Part shown: positions 46,024 to 55,846 of the stretch, piece by piece
Position numbering within the stretch: the first letter of the stretch is position 1
How the letters are laid out: every line of letters starts with the position of its first letter
Virus record (IMG/VR): IMGVR_UViG_3300042471_001765
Coordinates: 1-55,846 of that record
Reading direction: 5' to 3' (one strand)
DNA length: 55,846 nucleotides
From: a virus
Lineage: Duplodnaviria > Caudoviricetes
Translations under genes and position numbers: made by a program
The notes under the pieces: model-generated
Database searches by the model: none
The model's input: the letters and a program-made list of their open reading frames with translations, nothing else
Told to the model about the DNA's origin: nothing

Positions 46024-46703
46024 AAGTATGTATCAGTTTCAGGATTAAAATTAGCCGTGTATCTCGCCACCCCTTTAGTCACTCGCACCCTTTCCATGTA
46101 CCCAGCAAAAGGATCATGGTAGATATTACCACTTCTTCCAAGAATGAAATTCAAGCCATCGTAATTATCCGCAACATTGGCAGAAGTCAAGGGGATACCA
46201 TTTAGAAAAATAGTAATTACTCCATTCAGCCTGGACATTGCTACATGATTCCATTGATTATTAATAATCGGTCCACCTGAAGCCTGTACCCCAAAATTAT
46301 AGTAAACAACAGAAGATTCTAAAATATACAATCCTTTTTCAGTCCAGTCTCCTGAAATAATTACCGCCTGTAAGTTGCTACCGCCAGTCCGGAATAGCCA
46401 TAATTCCGCGGTAAAATCACCAGTCCCTAGCGCTAAATCCAGACTATTTGCAGTACTTAACCTGGATGAATTAAATAAAATACTGCTAGTCCCCAATCTT
46501 GATTGATCGCCAGAAATAATAGCTGGATTCAATCCATTATTATTAATAACTTTTGGGGTCTGAGAGCTATCAATAATACTTGCACTACCAATAACCCCCT
46601 CTCCCTTCAAAAACAAAACCACATTATCGGCATAAGGATCATTGCCACCACCGCCACCACCGGGCTGAATGAAATTAACACCTACAGGAAAAAACATAAC
46701 CAT
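46020..46703 (-). CDS. LamG/concanavalin-A-like tail fibre-associated protein
   Basis: DPYADNVVLFL, GTGDFTAELW, NQWNHVA and RVTKGVARYTANF motifs. Confidence 0.85.
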   Translation of the reverse strand: MVMFFPVGVNFIQPGGGGGGNDPYADNVVLFLKGEGVIGSASIIDSSQTPKVINNNGLNPAIISGDQSRLGTSSILFNSSRLSTANSLDLALGTGDFTAELWLFRTGGSNLQAVIISGDWTEKGLYILESSVVYYNFGVQASGGPIINNQWNHVAMSRLNGVITIFLNGIPLTSANVADNYDGLNFILGRSGNIYHDPFAGYMERVRVTKGVARYTANFNPETDTYL

Positions 46704-46704
46704 G

Positions 46705-49700
46705 CTACACCTCCACCGCGATCGGAAATAAGGTAATAGCTGATGCACTTCTAGCTACACCTGTAAGAATATTTCTTTTCCCTGGATTGACATTAATACT
46801 TGAATTATCGCCAGCTAGTCGTTTAAAAATGGAATTTAAATTAACAGCATACCCCGTCGCATCTTGAATCAGATAAATAATATATGTAGCACCTGGTTGG
46901 ATATTACTAATAGTTAAATCTGTAACCACACCTGTAATAGTATGACTAAAGATATTCCCAGAGCCACCATTTAGTACCACATTACCACTGCCAGAGCTAG
47001 TAATAATACTACCGGATTGAGCCGCGGTAAATTGTTGAGCCGCGGTAGTAAAAGCAACCTTGTTAATCGCGCCATTGCTACCCAGCCTAGCGTGTAGTTC
47101 ATTGTTTTTATTGTATATTTTGATTTCACTATCAGTACTTGGATCTACCCCGGTGGGAATTACACCTAATTCAGGAGCAGCGCTCACGCTCCCCGCAGCC
47201 CCTGTTGCCCCTTCTACACCACCACTGGAAACACGACTATTACTAATTATCGAGCTACCAGCGATCGCATTACCAGTGGCTCCTGTATTTTCAATAGTAA
47301 CGGAATCACTAGCGACACCAGTCACCTTGTAGTACCCACCGCCACTGACAAAAATAGTTTGTCCCACGGAGATCCAGTCTGAGTTGCCGACAAACAATAC
47401 CCCACTACTCCCGATGGCAGGCTGGATAAAATTATTAGTGGTGTTTGTAAACGCACCTTGTCCTACAGCCCCCGTTGCACCTGTAGCACCAGTTGCACCC
47501 GTCGCGCCAGTTGCGCCTTGGATACCCCCGCTAGAAATACTCCGTCCGGTTGCAGCGATCGCACCTGGTAAAGCATTTCCCGTATAGCCTAAATTTTTAA
47601 TCTCAACAGATGTACTACTGGGCTTGGATACAACAGAATAATACCCACCATCCTGGACATAAACGATCATCCCAGTAGCCATCCAATCGCTATTACCCAC
47701 CGAAGCCGTGACATTAGCATTAACCGCAGGCTGGGTAAACCCACTAGTAGTTGCGGTATATCCAGCACTACCTGGTAATCCAGCAATCCCACCGGGACTT
47801 ACCCCCTTACCTGCGGCTATTAATTCATAATAATTACCATTACCAGGATGTCCATCATTTTGAAGAATCAAGGATGATGAATTAGGTTTACTCGCAACTA
47901 CAAAACTTCCAGCATCTTGAATATAAACGAATTGTCCAACAACGGCCCAATCTGAATTACCGACAGCCACCGAGACCGTAGTCCCAATAGCAGGAATTAC
48001 AAAAGAGCCTGTAGTTATAGTGAATGCGTTAATTCCATCCGTACCATCCGTACCATCCGTACCATCCGTACCATTTGTACCGTTTACGCCATTTGCACCA
48101 TCAGCACCCCTAGGTATACTGAAAGTCAAGTACACCTGGTTACTCGATCCAGACTGTGCTACCGTAGCTTGAGACCCCGGTGCTAGAGTCAGTACATCAG
48201 GGTTTACAGCCACACTCGCTGGCTGAAAATCCCCATCCCATTCTCTGATACAGTCCGCAGCGACATGAGATATGGATGTAATTTGATTCCCGTTGTACTG
48301 GAAAGAATAGGCGATCCTAAAATTAGTTGTCGGGAAGTTACCAGCGATCGCGGTAGGTGTAGGGATAGTTGCAGCAAATAGAGAAAAATCAGCACTAGCC
48401 ACAGGTAGACTAGCCACAGTACCAGACTCCCAGTCGATAATCTCAAACACTTGAGTAGTATTACCGGGAACCACCGAGAATCCAGAGAATTTCTTAATTT
48501 CTAAAGTATCTTGCCTCTGGATATAAAAATTAATCCCAAAAGCATTAAAAACAGCCTTATCACTTCCAGCCAAAACATCAGGATAGTCATCCCTTACAGC
48601 CACCGGGAAAGTAATAGAAATTGAAAAACCACCACCACTTAAGTAACTACTAAAGCTCCCAGCCACACTCTCCCCAGCCACCGTTCCGACGATTGCCCGG
48701 ATAGCTTCAGCCTCGGTTGGTTGATAGCTTGGCAACGCAGTAAACACCGCAGCATTACCATTAATAATTACCTTTTGTCCTGCCAAATTAGCAGACAAAT
48801 TCCCATAGGTACGCCGTGGCTTAATAGGAAAATCATAAGATGCAACGATAGCCGCACCCCGTAGCACATCATAAGTCAATCCCGTATTAGGTACTACCCT
48901 GTACTTATCCCCCAAATCGTAAATAATCCCTCTTTTAGATAAGTCCCCATCAATAGATAACAGCTTTCCCAGGGGGTTGTAGTCACCCGATCGCGTCCGA
49001 GTCACCGGGATTACACCAATTACCGCCTTGGGTGTCACTTCATTATTAAGCTCTGCAACGCTAAAAAATGGCTTGACTGCTAGAGCGATCGCTTCCCCCG
49101 GTTGCAGATCATCAATGGTTATAAATGGTGTTTCTAGCCTTGGCGACCAGGGAATAAAAGCCCCTAGATTAGGAAAATTTCTACCCTCCACATCGGTAGT
49201 ACGGTAAGTTCCATCACCCCTGACAAAACCATCAAACCGCACCAAAAACAAACTACTCAGCAAGTCAGGCGATCGCTTGTTGTTATATTCCAGTTCAACA
49301 CCAAATTCAGTACCCGCGGGTAAAACCACAGTCTGATCATTGTAGATAAAATACCGAGCTTCCCATGTGGGTTCATACTTACCTAGGGTAGTTCCTGGAT
49401 ATGGTGGTGTAGGTATTACAGTAGTTCCCGTGGGATTTACTTCACTTAGCGGGCGATCGCTACCCACCGCATCACTATCTGGATTCCCCACATAGGTAGA
49501 AGCACCCCCCACCTGTACCCATTGACCAAAATCAACGCCAATCACAAAATCACTCACAGGCAACTCTGAATCAGCCCGATACTCCAACCACCGGGATTGA
49601 TTAGTCACCCACCGTACCTGTCCATCTATGCGATCGCTCCCAGTAGGTAAGCTCGCGATGGTAGCCACTGAGGGAGCCAAGGCAATATGAGCATTCCGTG

Positions 49701-50067
49701 ATAATTCAATGGTCGCTGGTAAATCCACCTTAGTGGTTTGCTTGTCGTAACCCAAGCCGTACTTGTAGCCGTGATACCTAGCGATTTGCACATGAGTACT
49801 AGGATCCGCAGTAGTTCCAGCGCTAACAACAAAATAGTGGACATCCCAAGCTGGTTTGCTAACACTTGCAGGGATGGTAATAATAATTTTTTGATTAGCA
49901 GCATAACTAACTACACTGGATACCGCCGGAGCATTAAACCCCACCCGATTTTGTAATTGAAATGATAAATATAAATTCCCCCCGGTGGTTAGCTCGCCGC
50001 CGGACACCACAGCAACCTGAAAAGCTGGGCAATTAGTACCTACCCCTGCATACCTAGCGATCGCCAT
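46705..50067 (-). CDS. Tail fibre protein with collagen-like repeats
   Basis: Gly-X-Y runs (GTDGTDGTD, GATGATGAT) and three repeated FxQPA...VGNSDW...G.Y.V modules. Confidence 0.8.
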   Translation of the reverse strand: MAIARYAGVGTNCPAFQVAVVSGGELTTGGNLYLSFQLQNRVGFNAPAVSSVVSYAANQKIIITIPASVSKPAWDVHYFVVSAGTTADPSTHVQIARYHGYKYGLGYDKQTTKVDLPATIELSRNAHIALAPSVATIASLPTGSDRIDGQVRWVTNQSRWLEYRADSELPVSDFVIGVDFGQWVQVGGASTYVGNPDSDAVGSDRPLSEVNPTGTTVIPTPPYPGTTLGKYEPTWEARYFIYNDQTVVLPAGTEFGVELEYNNKRSPDLLSSLFLVRFDGFVRGDGTYRTTDVEGRNFPNLGAFIPWSPRLETPFITIDDLQPGEAIALAVKPFFSVAELNNEVTPKAVIGVIPVTRTRSGDYNPLGKLLSIDGDLSKRGIIYDLGDKYRVVPNTGLTYDVLRGAAIVASYDFPIKPRRTYGNLSANLAGQKVIINGNAAVFTALPSYQPTEAEAIRAIVGTVAGESVAGSFSSYLSGGGFSISITFPVAVRDDYPDVLAGSDKAVFNAFGINFYIQRQDTLEIKKFSGFSVVPGNTTQVFEIIDWESGTVASLPVASADFSLFAATIPTPTAIAGNFPTTNFRIAYSFQYNGNQITSISHVAADCIREWDGDFQPASVAVNPDVLTLAPGSQATVAQSGSSNQVYLTFSIPRGADGANGVNGTNGTDGTDGTDGTDGINAFTITTGSFVIPAIGTTVSVAVGNSDWAVVGQFVYIQDAGSFVVASKPNSSSLILQNDGHPGNGNYYELIAAGKGVSPGGIAGLPGSAGYTATTSGFTQPAVNANVTASVGNSDWMATGMIVYVQDGGYYSVVSKPSSTSVEIKNLGYTGNALPGAIAATGRSISSGGIQGATGATGATGATGATGAVGQGAFTNTTNNFIQPAIGSSGVLFVGNSDWISVGQTIFVSGGGYYKVTGVASDSVTIENTGATGNAIAGSSIISNSRVSSGGVEGATGAAGSVSAAPELGVIPTGVDPSTDSEIKIYNKNNELHARLGSNGAINKVAFTTAAQQFTAAQSGSIITSSGSGNVVLNGGSGNIFSHTITGVVTDLTISNIQPGATYIIYLIQDATGYAVNLNSIFKRLAGDNSSINVNPGKRNILTGVARSASAITLFPIAVEV

Positions 50068-50104
50068 GGCTTACCTCCATTCATATAAATTCCCTAATCA
50101 TATA

Positions 50105-51925
50105 CTAAGGTGCGGGAGCATTTTTGTATGGGTGATCAGAAGGTAGCCTGCCAGCAATTCCCCACTTATGGGTTAAATCGCTTTCCATTAATTGTCTTTC
50201 TTGGTCTGATAGATTGCGATTAAAAAATACAATTTCTCGGATAGAGCCTACAAATTCAAATCCAGAATTAACTCCCCCAATTTGAACATTACCTAGCGAC
50301 CAAGAGAAAGCACCGGAACTGACAGAAGTAATAAATTCGCCATCCCTGTAATACCTCATGCTTATTCCCGTATGGCTAACGTAAATCATAGAAAGAGTCG
50401 AGACTGGAACATTAAGGGCAATACTGTTGCCCCCATGTCTAACCCATGATCCTAAACTTAAATTTCCTATTCTGCCACCAGAACCAGGGGCAGCATCAAA
50501 TAAACCCATTAAATAAGTATGATCAAAAACAAAGAACACATCTAATATATCGCCAGGGTCTGCCATGTCCGGGAACCGCAATCTATTATTAGTGAATACT
50601 ACCTTTTTGTCTACTGCATTGTATACTGGTTCTCTTCCTGAAGTTATAGCCACAGCATGATAGTTGTTACCACTTACATCATTCCATTGAGTAATTAAGT
50701 TCCCAGATAACTGGAAAGTATTTGTATTGGCAGCGTCCAGGTGTAAAAATGCGCTGTACCTTAAAGCTTTAACAATGGATGCAGTCGCTGTACTTGTACC
50801 GATAGTAGAATTAACAGGATTCATCAACCTAACAAGCAACTGTCTGTAACTATTTGCCTTAGTTGCGATCACCAAATTATAGGGATTAGCCGAAAAATCA
50901 ATACTTCCAGATGGGTATACATCCCCCACAAAATCCGAGGATATAGCAGGGTCGCTTCCAGCGCCTTCTACCGCATAGTTGATGGAAGAAATACCATAGG
51001 GTGTGTGACGCTTCACTTCAAAAGTAATGCGCTGCTCTCTAGCATTTCCTACATCAACAATTTGATAGGAAATATATTTAATGATTATGTAGTTATCAGT
51101 AGGAGGCATATCTTTATAAGGATGTGTAGAATTTAAGATACTTCCATTGAATCCCCATTTATATGCTAATCGTGCCTCCAATAATTGTCTTTGCTCTGTT
51201 GAGGGGATGGAACGAAGTATTATTAACTCGTATAACAAAAAAGAATTATGTTCAGTTTCTGAGATCCCGTTAGCGTCCCTAGCTCCTATCAAAAATCTAA
51301 TATTATTAGATCCGCCGGAAGTTGAGTAAGCTCTTAAGGATGATATAATACCGTTCCTGTGAATAAAATGCCCATTCCCATCATCAATAATCTGTCCGCA
51401 TATCATAGGACTTTCTGCTTCCGCAGAAGCATAAGACAAAGATTGTGCGCTACCAGTACCAATCTCATCTCTGTACCCAGTAATAGAAGTACTGCTAGTG
51501 GCAACTACTCTATACCTACCACTATTTGAGGTATTACTATGTTTGCCAAAAATAGCCCCGCTGTATATACTCGTATTTATACGACTAATAACAGCAATAG
51601 AGTATAAATCTTGCCCATTTAAATCTAATAAATTGGAATCTCCACAACTCAAAAAATGCAATACCGAAGCATCAAAATAGACATAATTCGTCGATTGGTA
51701 ATAATAAGGTTGGCGAGCAGGATTAGTCTGTACTGCATGAATATTATTCCCGCTCAAATCTTTAATTTGAGATACACCTTTAGGATTTGAAGTACCATTG
51801 AGAGTCAAATTGTTAACTGAAGCATCAAGCCATAAAGTAGGACTTAGATCCCTTATATAAAAATCAATTTTCACTTTCTTGATTTTTCTAAGCAACCGCC
51901 CGCGACCATTGCTATTCAATAACAT
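50105..51925 (-). CDS. Tail fibre / receptor-binding protein with two LamG-like domains
   Basis: Duplicated (W/H)LDA...D.SGNN.HA...L..KWG.....HPYK..PP domains flanking a Calx-beta-like segment. Confidence 0.75.
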   Translation of the reverse strand: MLLNSNGRGRLLRKIKKVKIDFYIRDLSPTLWLDASVNNLTLNGTSNPKGVSQIKDLSGNNIHAVQTNPARQPYYYQSTNYVYFDASVLHFLSCGDSNLLDLNGQDLYSIAVISRINTSIYSGAIFGKHSNTSNSGRYRVVATSSTSITGYRDEIGTGSAQSLSYASAEAESPMICGQIIDDGNGHFIHRNGIISSLRAYSTSGGSNNIRFLIGARDANGISETEHNSFLLYELIILRSIPSTEQRQLLEARLAYKWGFNGSILNSTHPYKDMPPTDNYIIIKYISYQIVDVGNAREQRITFEVKRHTPYGISSINYAVEGAGSDPAISSDFVGDVYPSGSIDFSANPYNLVIATKANSYRQLLVRLMNPVNSTIGTSTATASIVKALRYSAFLHLDAANTNTFQLSGNLITQWNDVSGNNYHAVAITSGREPVYNAVDKKVVFTNNRLRFPDMADPGDILDVFFVFDHTYLMGLFDAAPGSGGRIGNLSLGSWVRHGGNSIALNVPVSTLSMIYVSHTGISMRYYRDGEFITSVSSGAFSWSLGNVQIGGVNSGFEFVGSIREIVFFNRNLSDQERQLMESDLTHKWGIAGRLPSDHPYKNAPAP

Positions 51926-52374
51926 TAATTCAAAACTCCTTGTACCTCAAAACTTGATACTGGATAAATCCCCAACTGCTGCGATCTAGATTCACCCTTA
52001 ATATATTGCTGATATCCAGGATCATCTTCTGTTGCTTCCAAAAGTACTTGAATCTTACTGGCAGATTCAGCGCTAATCAATCCCTGAACAATCATCAAAT
52101 AAGCCATTAAATTATCCTTGCTCCTCAGATCAACGCTAAGTCTGATGTCAGAGACTAGATTAGGGATTTTATATAATTCCAGTGCTTCCCCAGGAGTTAA
52201 AGCACCAAACAGATCCAGCATTTCAGGGCATTTCCACACCTTACCTTGTGGTAGAGGATTCAAAATCAGAGGCTGATAATTCAATTGATTTGCGATCGCT
52301 TGGTAATCTTGTGAATCAACTAAATCCGCATACTGCTCATTTTGTAGTTCGGTTTTTAAAATCTCATTTTTCAT
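51925..52374 (-). CDS. Hypothetical protein, tail module
   Basis: Coupled ORF. Confidence 0.6.
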   Translation of the reverse strand: MKNEILKTELQNEQYADLVDSQDYQAIANQLNYQPLILNPLPQGKVWKCPEMLDLFGALTPGEALELYKIPNLVSDIRLSVDLRSKDNLMAYLMIVQGLISAESASKIQVLLEATEDDPGYQQYIKGESRSQQLGIYPVSSFEVQGVLN

Positions 52375-52376
52375 AA

Positions 52377-53204
52377 TTAAACAGCCTCCACTCGATATCT
52401 ACCAGATACAAAAAACTCAACAGCATTAGATAAATTAACAATAAAAGCAGTATTAACTGGCAACTCTAACTCCTTCCAGTAATCAAAGCTTTGAATAACC
52501 CCATCACCTTCATCGGGACATTTAAGGCGATCAATAATAGTAGCTCCCTTCTTAATTAGCACCACGGTACTGGTAGTGCTATTATTTTGTATTTTGTATT
52601 CTGAAATCACCAATCGGAAACCAGCGCCCGGACTAGCGATCACTGTATTATCCCCAGAAGTAGAAAACAACGTAGTAGGGAAATCCAAATAATTCCTAGT
52701 AGTGATGCCGCCGGAAGTTTTCAAGCTCCCATTAACAATCAGCCCATCGATAGTATTATCCAACTCGATCAGCTTAGTAGAAATTGACCCTAGAGTAGTT
52801 TGAGTAGCCAAACCATCCAACTTTGTAGAGATAGTCCCCAAAGTGTCTAGCTTTGTAGATGCACTGGTTAAAGTAGTTTCTCTGGCAACCACACCACCTA
52901 GATTATTTACAGATATCGTAATATTATCTAACTTCGTGGATGCACTGGTTAAAGTGGCTTGAGTAGCCAACCCATCCAACTTTGTGGAGATCGTATTTAA
53001 AGTATCCAGTTTCGTGGATGCACCAACTAAGGTGTTTTCTTTAGCCAACAAAGAAACATCGATCGCTACCTCAATTCCCCCAACAATTAATTCTCCCGTC
53101 TCTTCAATAGCGATCGCCTTTACATCCCCCGCCGCCGTCACACCACCAATTAAAGTAGTCGATATAGTCCCTGTTTTGTCGTTGCCATTTTCAAAAGTAG
53201 TCAT
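52377..53204 (-). CDS. Putative fibre/structural protein with internal repeats
   Basis: Repeated TLTSASTKLD / TISTKLDGLATQ units. Confidence 0.6.
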   Translation of the reverse strand: MTTFENGNDKTGTISTTLIGGVTAAGDVKAIAIEETGELIVGGIEVAIDVSLLAKENTLVGASTKLDTLNTISTKLDGLATQATLTSASTKLDNITISVNNLGGVVARETTLTSASTKLDTLGTISTKLDGLATQTTLGSISTKLIELDNTIDGLIVNGSLKTSGGITTRNYLDFPTTLFSTSGDNTVIASPGAGFRLVISEYKIQNNSTTSTVVLIKKGATIIDRLKCPDEGDGVIQSFDYWKELELPVNTAFIVNLSNAVEFFVSGRYRVEAV

Positions 53205-53767
53205 TACTTTAATCTCAACTTAGATTCAGTAAACCCAATATTCCAATTATCTTTAAAATAATCCTGATTATAGCTCAATCCGGGTAATCCATCCACTGTC
53301 ATCTGCCCAAACCGAACGGTAGCCCGTTTATTTTGATAAGTTATGTATTCGTTGGGTTCTACCCCGCAAAAATCAATTACTTTTACAGGGAAAAATTGAT
53401 TGTATTTGGATGATTCAGAGATGAGAATCAACCGATAAATCACATCAAAAATCACCCGCTCTTTTTGAAGAATCGTCGCCTTAAAACCACGTTGTACAGT
53501 ACTAGCAGCGTATCCCATACCATTAAAAGTAGGCTTCAATCCCTCATTCCCAAGGTTATTACTCTCTAAGGCATAATCTGGAAATAATCTCAGGTATACA
53601 TAGTCTTCCCCGTCGGTGTGGTACAGAGTCGGATCAAACAGGTAAAACCAAGTGGAGGGTATGGCTAAAGCTTCAATTACAGCAATGGGTGTGAGGATCA
53701 TAATTGGTTGCCTCGCCCATTCCCCTAAACACTTTTGCGCATTGACAATCAAATCCCTAGTACTCAT
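53204..53767 (-). CDS. Putative distal tail protein
   Basis: Immediately follows the tape measure gene. Confidence 0.45.
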   Translation of the reverse strand: MSTRDLIVNAQKCLGEWARQPIMILTPIAVIEALAIPSTWFYLFDPTLYHTDGEDYVYLRLFPDYALESNNLGNEGLKPTFNGMGYAASTVQRGFKATILQKERVIFDVIYRLILISESSKYNQFFPVKVIDFCGVEPNEYITYQNKRATVRFGQMTVDGLPGLSYNQDYFKDNWNIGFTESKLRLK

Positions 53768-53794
53768 AGCTCATGTAAATATTTTCATGGGTGA

Positions 53795-55846
53795 TTATTT
53801 TTGCTGTACCTTCAATAGTATATCTTTCAACTCACTTCTGATTTGATTAACCACAGTGTTTCCAGCCGACTTATCAGCGCTGTTGAAATTATTAGTAATA
53901 TTGGCTGTAACCTCCACTTGATTGGGGCTTCCTAACCTGTCCACCAATTCATCTAATTTCTGAATAGCACCTACAATCGTCTGTTGCCCCTGCTTAGTTA
54001 AATCCTGGGGTGAGGTTTTGTTAGGCATTTGATAGCCAAATTCTGCAAATCTAGAAAGCTGGTTTTTTCTGAATTGCTCAAAATCTGGGAATTGCAATTG
54101 AACAGGCGAGGGAGTTCTTACCCCTAGCCTACCAAGCACGCCCCTAGCAAGTTCCTCTTGATATGGTGTTAGGGCATAACCCCTTTGTTGATCCGCAAAA
54201 GCCTTCAAAGCATCCCGTCCTTGTCTACCTAGGGAGCTTTGGAGTAACTCATCCCTGGTACGCCGCATAATCGACCTTTTACCCGTAGCAGTTGCAAACT
54301 CAACTCGTGCTTGACTTCTTTGGAAGTCTGCGTTTTGCTTAAACTGTTGCTTTTCTATTTCTGCCAACACTCTTTGGTTAGCAACTTGCCTGTTAAGTAA
54401 AGCCCCTGCATATTGTGTCGCGATCGCTTCCTCTACTTTTGCCTGTACATTTAGTTGCGCAGCTTGTACTTGCTGTGGTGTTGCCTTGGGGTCAAGTTGC
54501 ACTGATGCTAAATCAGCTTGTGCCTGAGCGATCGCAGCTTTACTATTAGCTACAGCCACCCGGTTTCTAATTTTTTCCTGTTCCAGTTGGGAGGCTTGTT
54601 GAGCAAGATTAATGTTTAAAACTTTTTCTTCAAAACTCAACTGTCTTTCCAGCGACCTCATTTTAATAGCCGCAATTGATATCGCTATCTTCTTCTTCTG
54701 TCCCTCGGAATTAGTTAGTTGCGATGCCAGTTGCAACTCCCCAGTAATCACATCAACCCGCCCCTTAACTAAATTCTGGGTTGATTGTAAAACACTTTTT
54801 TGATATTCATAGGCTTTACCGACACCTTCAGCTTGCTGAATTTGAATCTGTCCAGCCAAATTAATCTGTTCAGCGCCTGATTTAATAATCTCTACTTGTT
54901 TATTGATCGCTCCCTGTAATTCACGTCTGCGAGCCATGATCAACTCACTAGCAGCCTCTCTTTTTGCTATTTCCTGTTTTACTTCCAACTCGCGCCGGGA
55001 ATTAGCAAGAATCTGGGCTTGTTGAGTTAGGTTTTTACTCAGTTGCTCGCCTTGCTTGTTAAGTAAATCAGCTTGCTGTTTAGCCGCTTCTATTTGTAAT
55101 TCAATAGCCTTAATTTCTTCTGGTGTTTTTTTATCTCGCTCAGACCTAATTAGCTCTGCTTCTAATTCTGAAATTTGTCCCTGATTTTGAATCTTCTGAA
55201 TTTGTAGCTGTATAGCCTCTCTTTCAAAACTTAATTTATTTAGTTTCTCTTGATTAACTAAAGATTCCCTCTCTTGCCGCTGGGTAATAACTAAATTATT
55301 AAATTTATTCTCCACTATTTGAGCTTCTATCTGGGCTTGCTTCTCTACATCACTGGTAAATTTAAGCTGCAACTGTAGCTCTGATTCCCTAACCTGCAAA
55401 GAGGTAGCACGCAACTGACTTAAAGAATCTACTAGCTGTTGGCTTCTTTCAAAGCTCTTAACTTGAAATTCCGATTCACTAGCCTGACCTTGCAGCGACA
55501 ATACACGCTCTTGGTTGGTATTAGCTAATATTCTTTTTTGCTTCTCATCTTCTATTTGAAGTTCACGCTCAGTAATCGCTGCTTCTTGTTGCCTGATCTG
55601 TAACCCCGCCAACCTGGTTTTAGCATACAAATCACTGTCAGTATTACCAGACTTCCTAAACTCCTGAACTAAATCATTTAACCTATTTTTTGCAGCCTTA
55701 ATCTCTAATTGCGCTAGTTGCTTTTGCGCTTCTTGCTCCGTAATCAAGCGATCAGCCCTAGCGGCTTTAACTTGTTCCATCTCAATATTCAGAGCCTCTT
55801 GCCTGCGTTGCGTCTGCCTTTCAAAAATACGGTTAGATTCAGCTGC
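53795..55846 (-). CDS. Tape measure protein, C-terminal part (5' end beyond window)
   Basis: Long Q/E/A-rich coiled coil; the frame stays open upstream of 55780 to the window end. Confidence 0.75.
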   Translation of the reverse strand, partial: AAESNRIFERQTQRRQEALNIEMEQVKAARADRLITEQEAQKQLAQLEIKAAKNRLNDLVQEFRKSGNTDSDLYAKTRLAGLQIRQQEAAITERELQIEDEKQKRILANTNQERVLSLQGQASESEFQVKSFERSQQLVDSLSQLRATSLQVRESELQLQLKFTSDVEKQAQIEAQIVENKFNNLVITQRQERESLVNQEKLNKLSFEREAIQLQIQKIQNQGQISELEAELIRSERDKKTPEEIKAIELQIEAAKQQADLLNKQGEQLSKNLTQQAQILANSRRELEVKQEIAKREAASELIMARRRELQGAINKQVEIIKSGAEQINLAGQIQIQQAEGVGKAYEYQKSVLQSTQNLVKGRVDVITGELQLASQLTNSEGQKKKIAISIAAIKMRSLERQLSFEEKVLNINLAQQASQLEQEKIRNRVAVANSKAAIAQAQADLASVQLDPKATPQQVQAAQLNVQAKVEEAIATQYAGALLNRQVANQRVLAEIEKQQFKQNADFQRSQARVEFATATGKRSIMRRTRDELLQSSLGRQGRDALKAFADQQRGYALTPYQEELARGVLGRLGVRTPSPVQLQFPDFEQFRKNQLSRFAEFGYQMPNKTSPQDLTKQGQQTIVGAIQKLDELVDRLGSPNQVEVTANITNNFNSADKSAGNTVVNQIRSELKDILLKVQQK

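Larger units (their letters stand above)
1..55846. mobile_element. Cyanobacterial tailed phage/prophage (partial)
   Basis: Head, portal, tail, lysis, replication and repressor modules; frequent HIP1 sites; cyanobacterial-type thyX, dcd, nrdJ and amidase. Confidence 0.92.

Noticed and set aside
46020-51925. Diversity-generating retroelement acting on tail fibres
   Set aside because: No reverse transcriptase and no template/variable repeat pair seen.

Overview
This 55.8-kb window is most of the genome of a tailed phage or prophage of a cyanobacterium; the HIP1 octamer GCGATCGC recurs throughout. A minus-strand head module (capsid, protease/scaffold, MuF) runs off the left edge. A minus-strand tail module (tape measure, tail fibres) enters from the right edge, which suggests a circularly permuted genome. 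Between them are a portal, an amidase endolysin, nucleotide-metabolism genes (thyX, dcd, class II RNR), three DNA methyltransferases, recombination genes (ERF, SSB), a CI/Cro-like switch, a ParB-like protein and an initiator with iterons. No integrase or terminase is recognisable. The accessory region is the most notable part and is rich in CRISPR-derived components: (1) a compact, adaptation-less type I-C interference module (cas5-cas8c/cas11-cas7-cas3) with a 3-repeat mini-array; (2) a solitary variant repeat 12 kb away with the same promoter motif and its own terminator; (3) a stand-alone Csx3/Crn3-like protein with altered catalytic residues under its own promoter, a candidate anti-type III factor; (4) a probable type IV Csf1 remnant. 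Also present are a tandem array of gene cassettes separated by near-identical ~140-bp terminator-promoter-RBS repeats, a membrane-protein plus FtsK/HerA-like ATPase operon, and three tandem small transcription units sharing one hairpin. All protein calls come from motif recognition by eye; no database searches were run.
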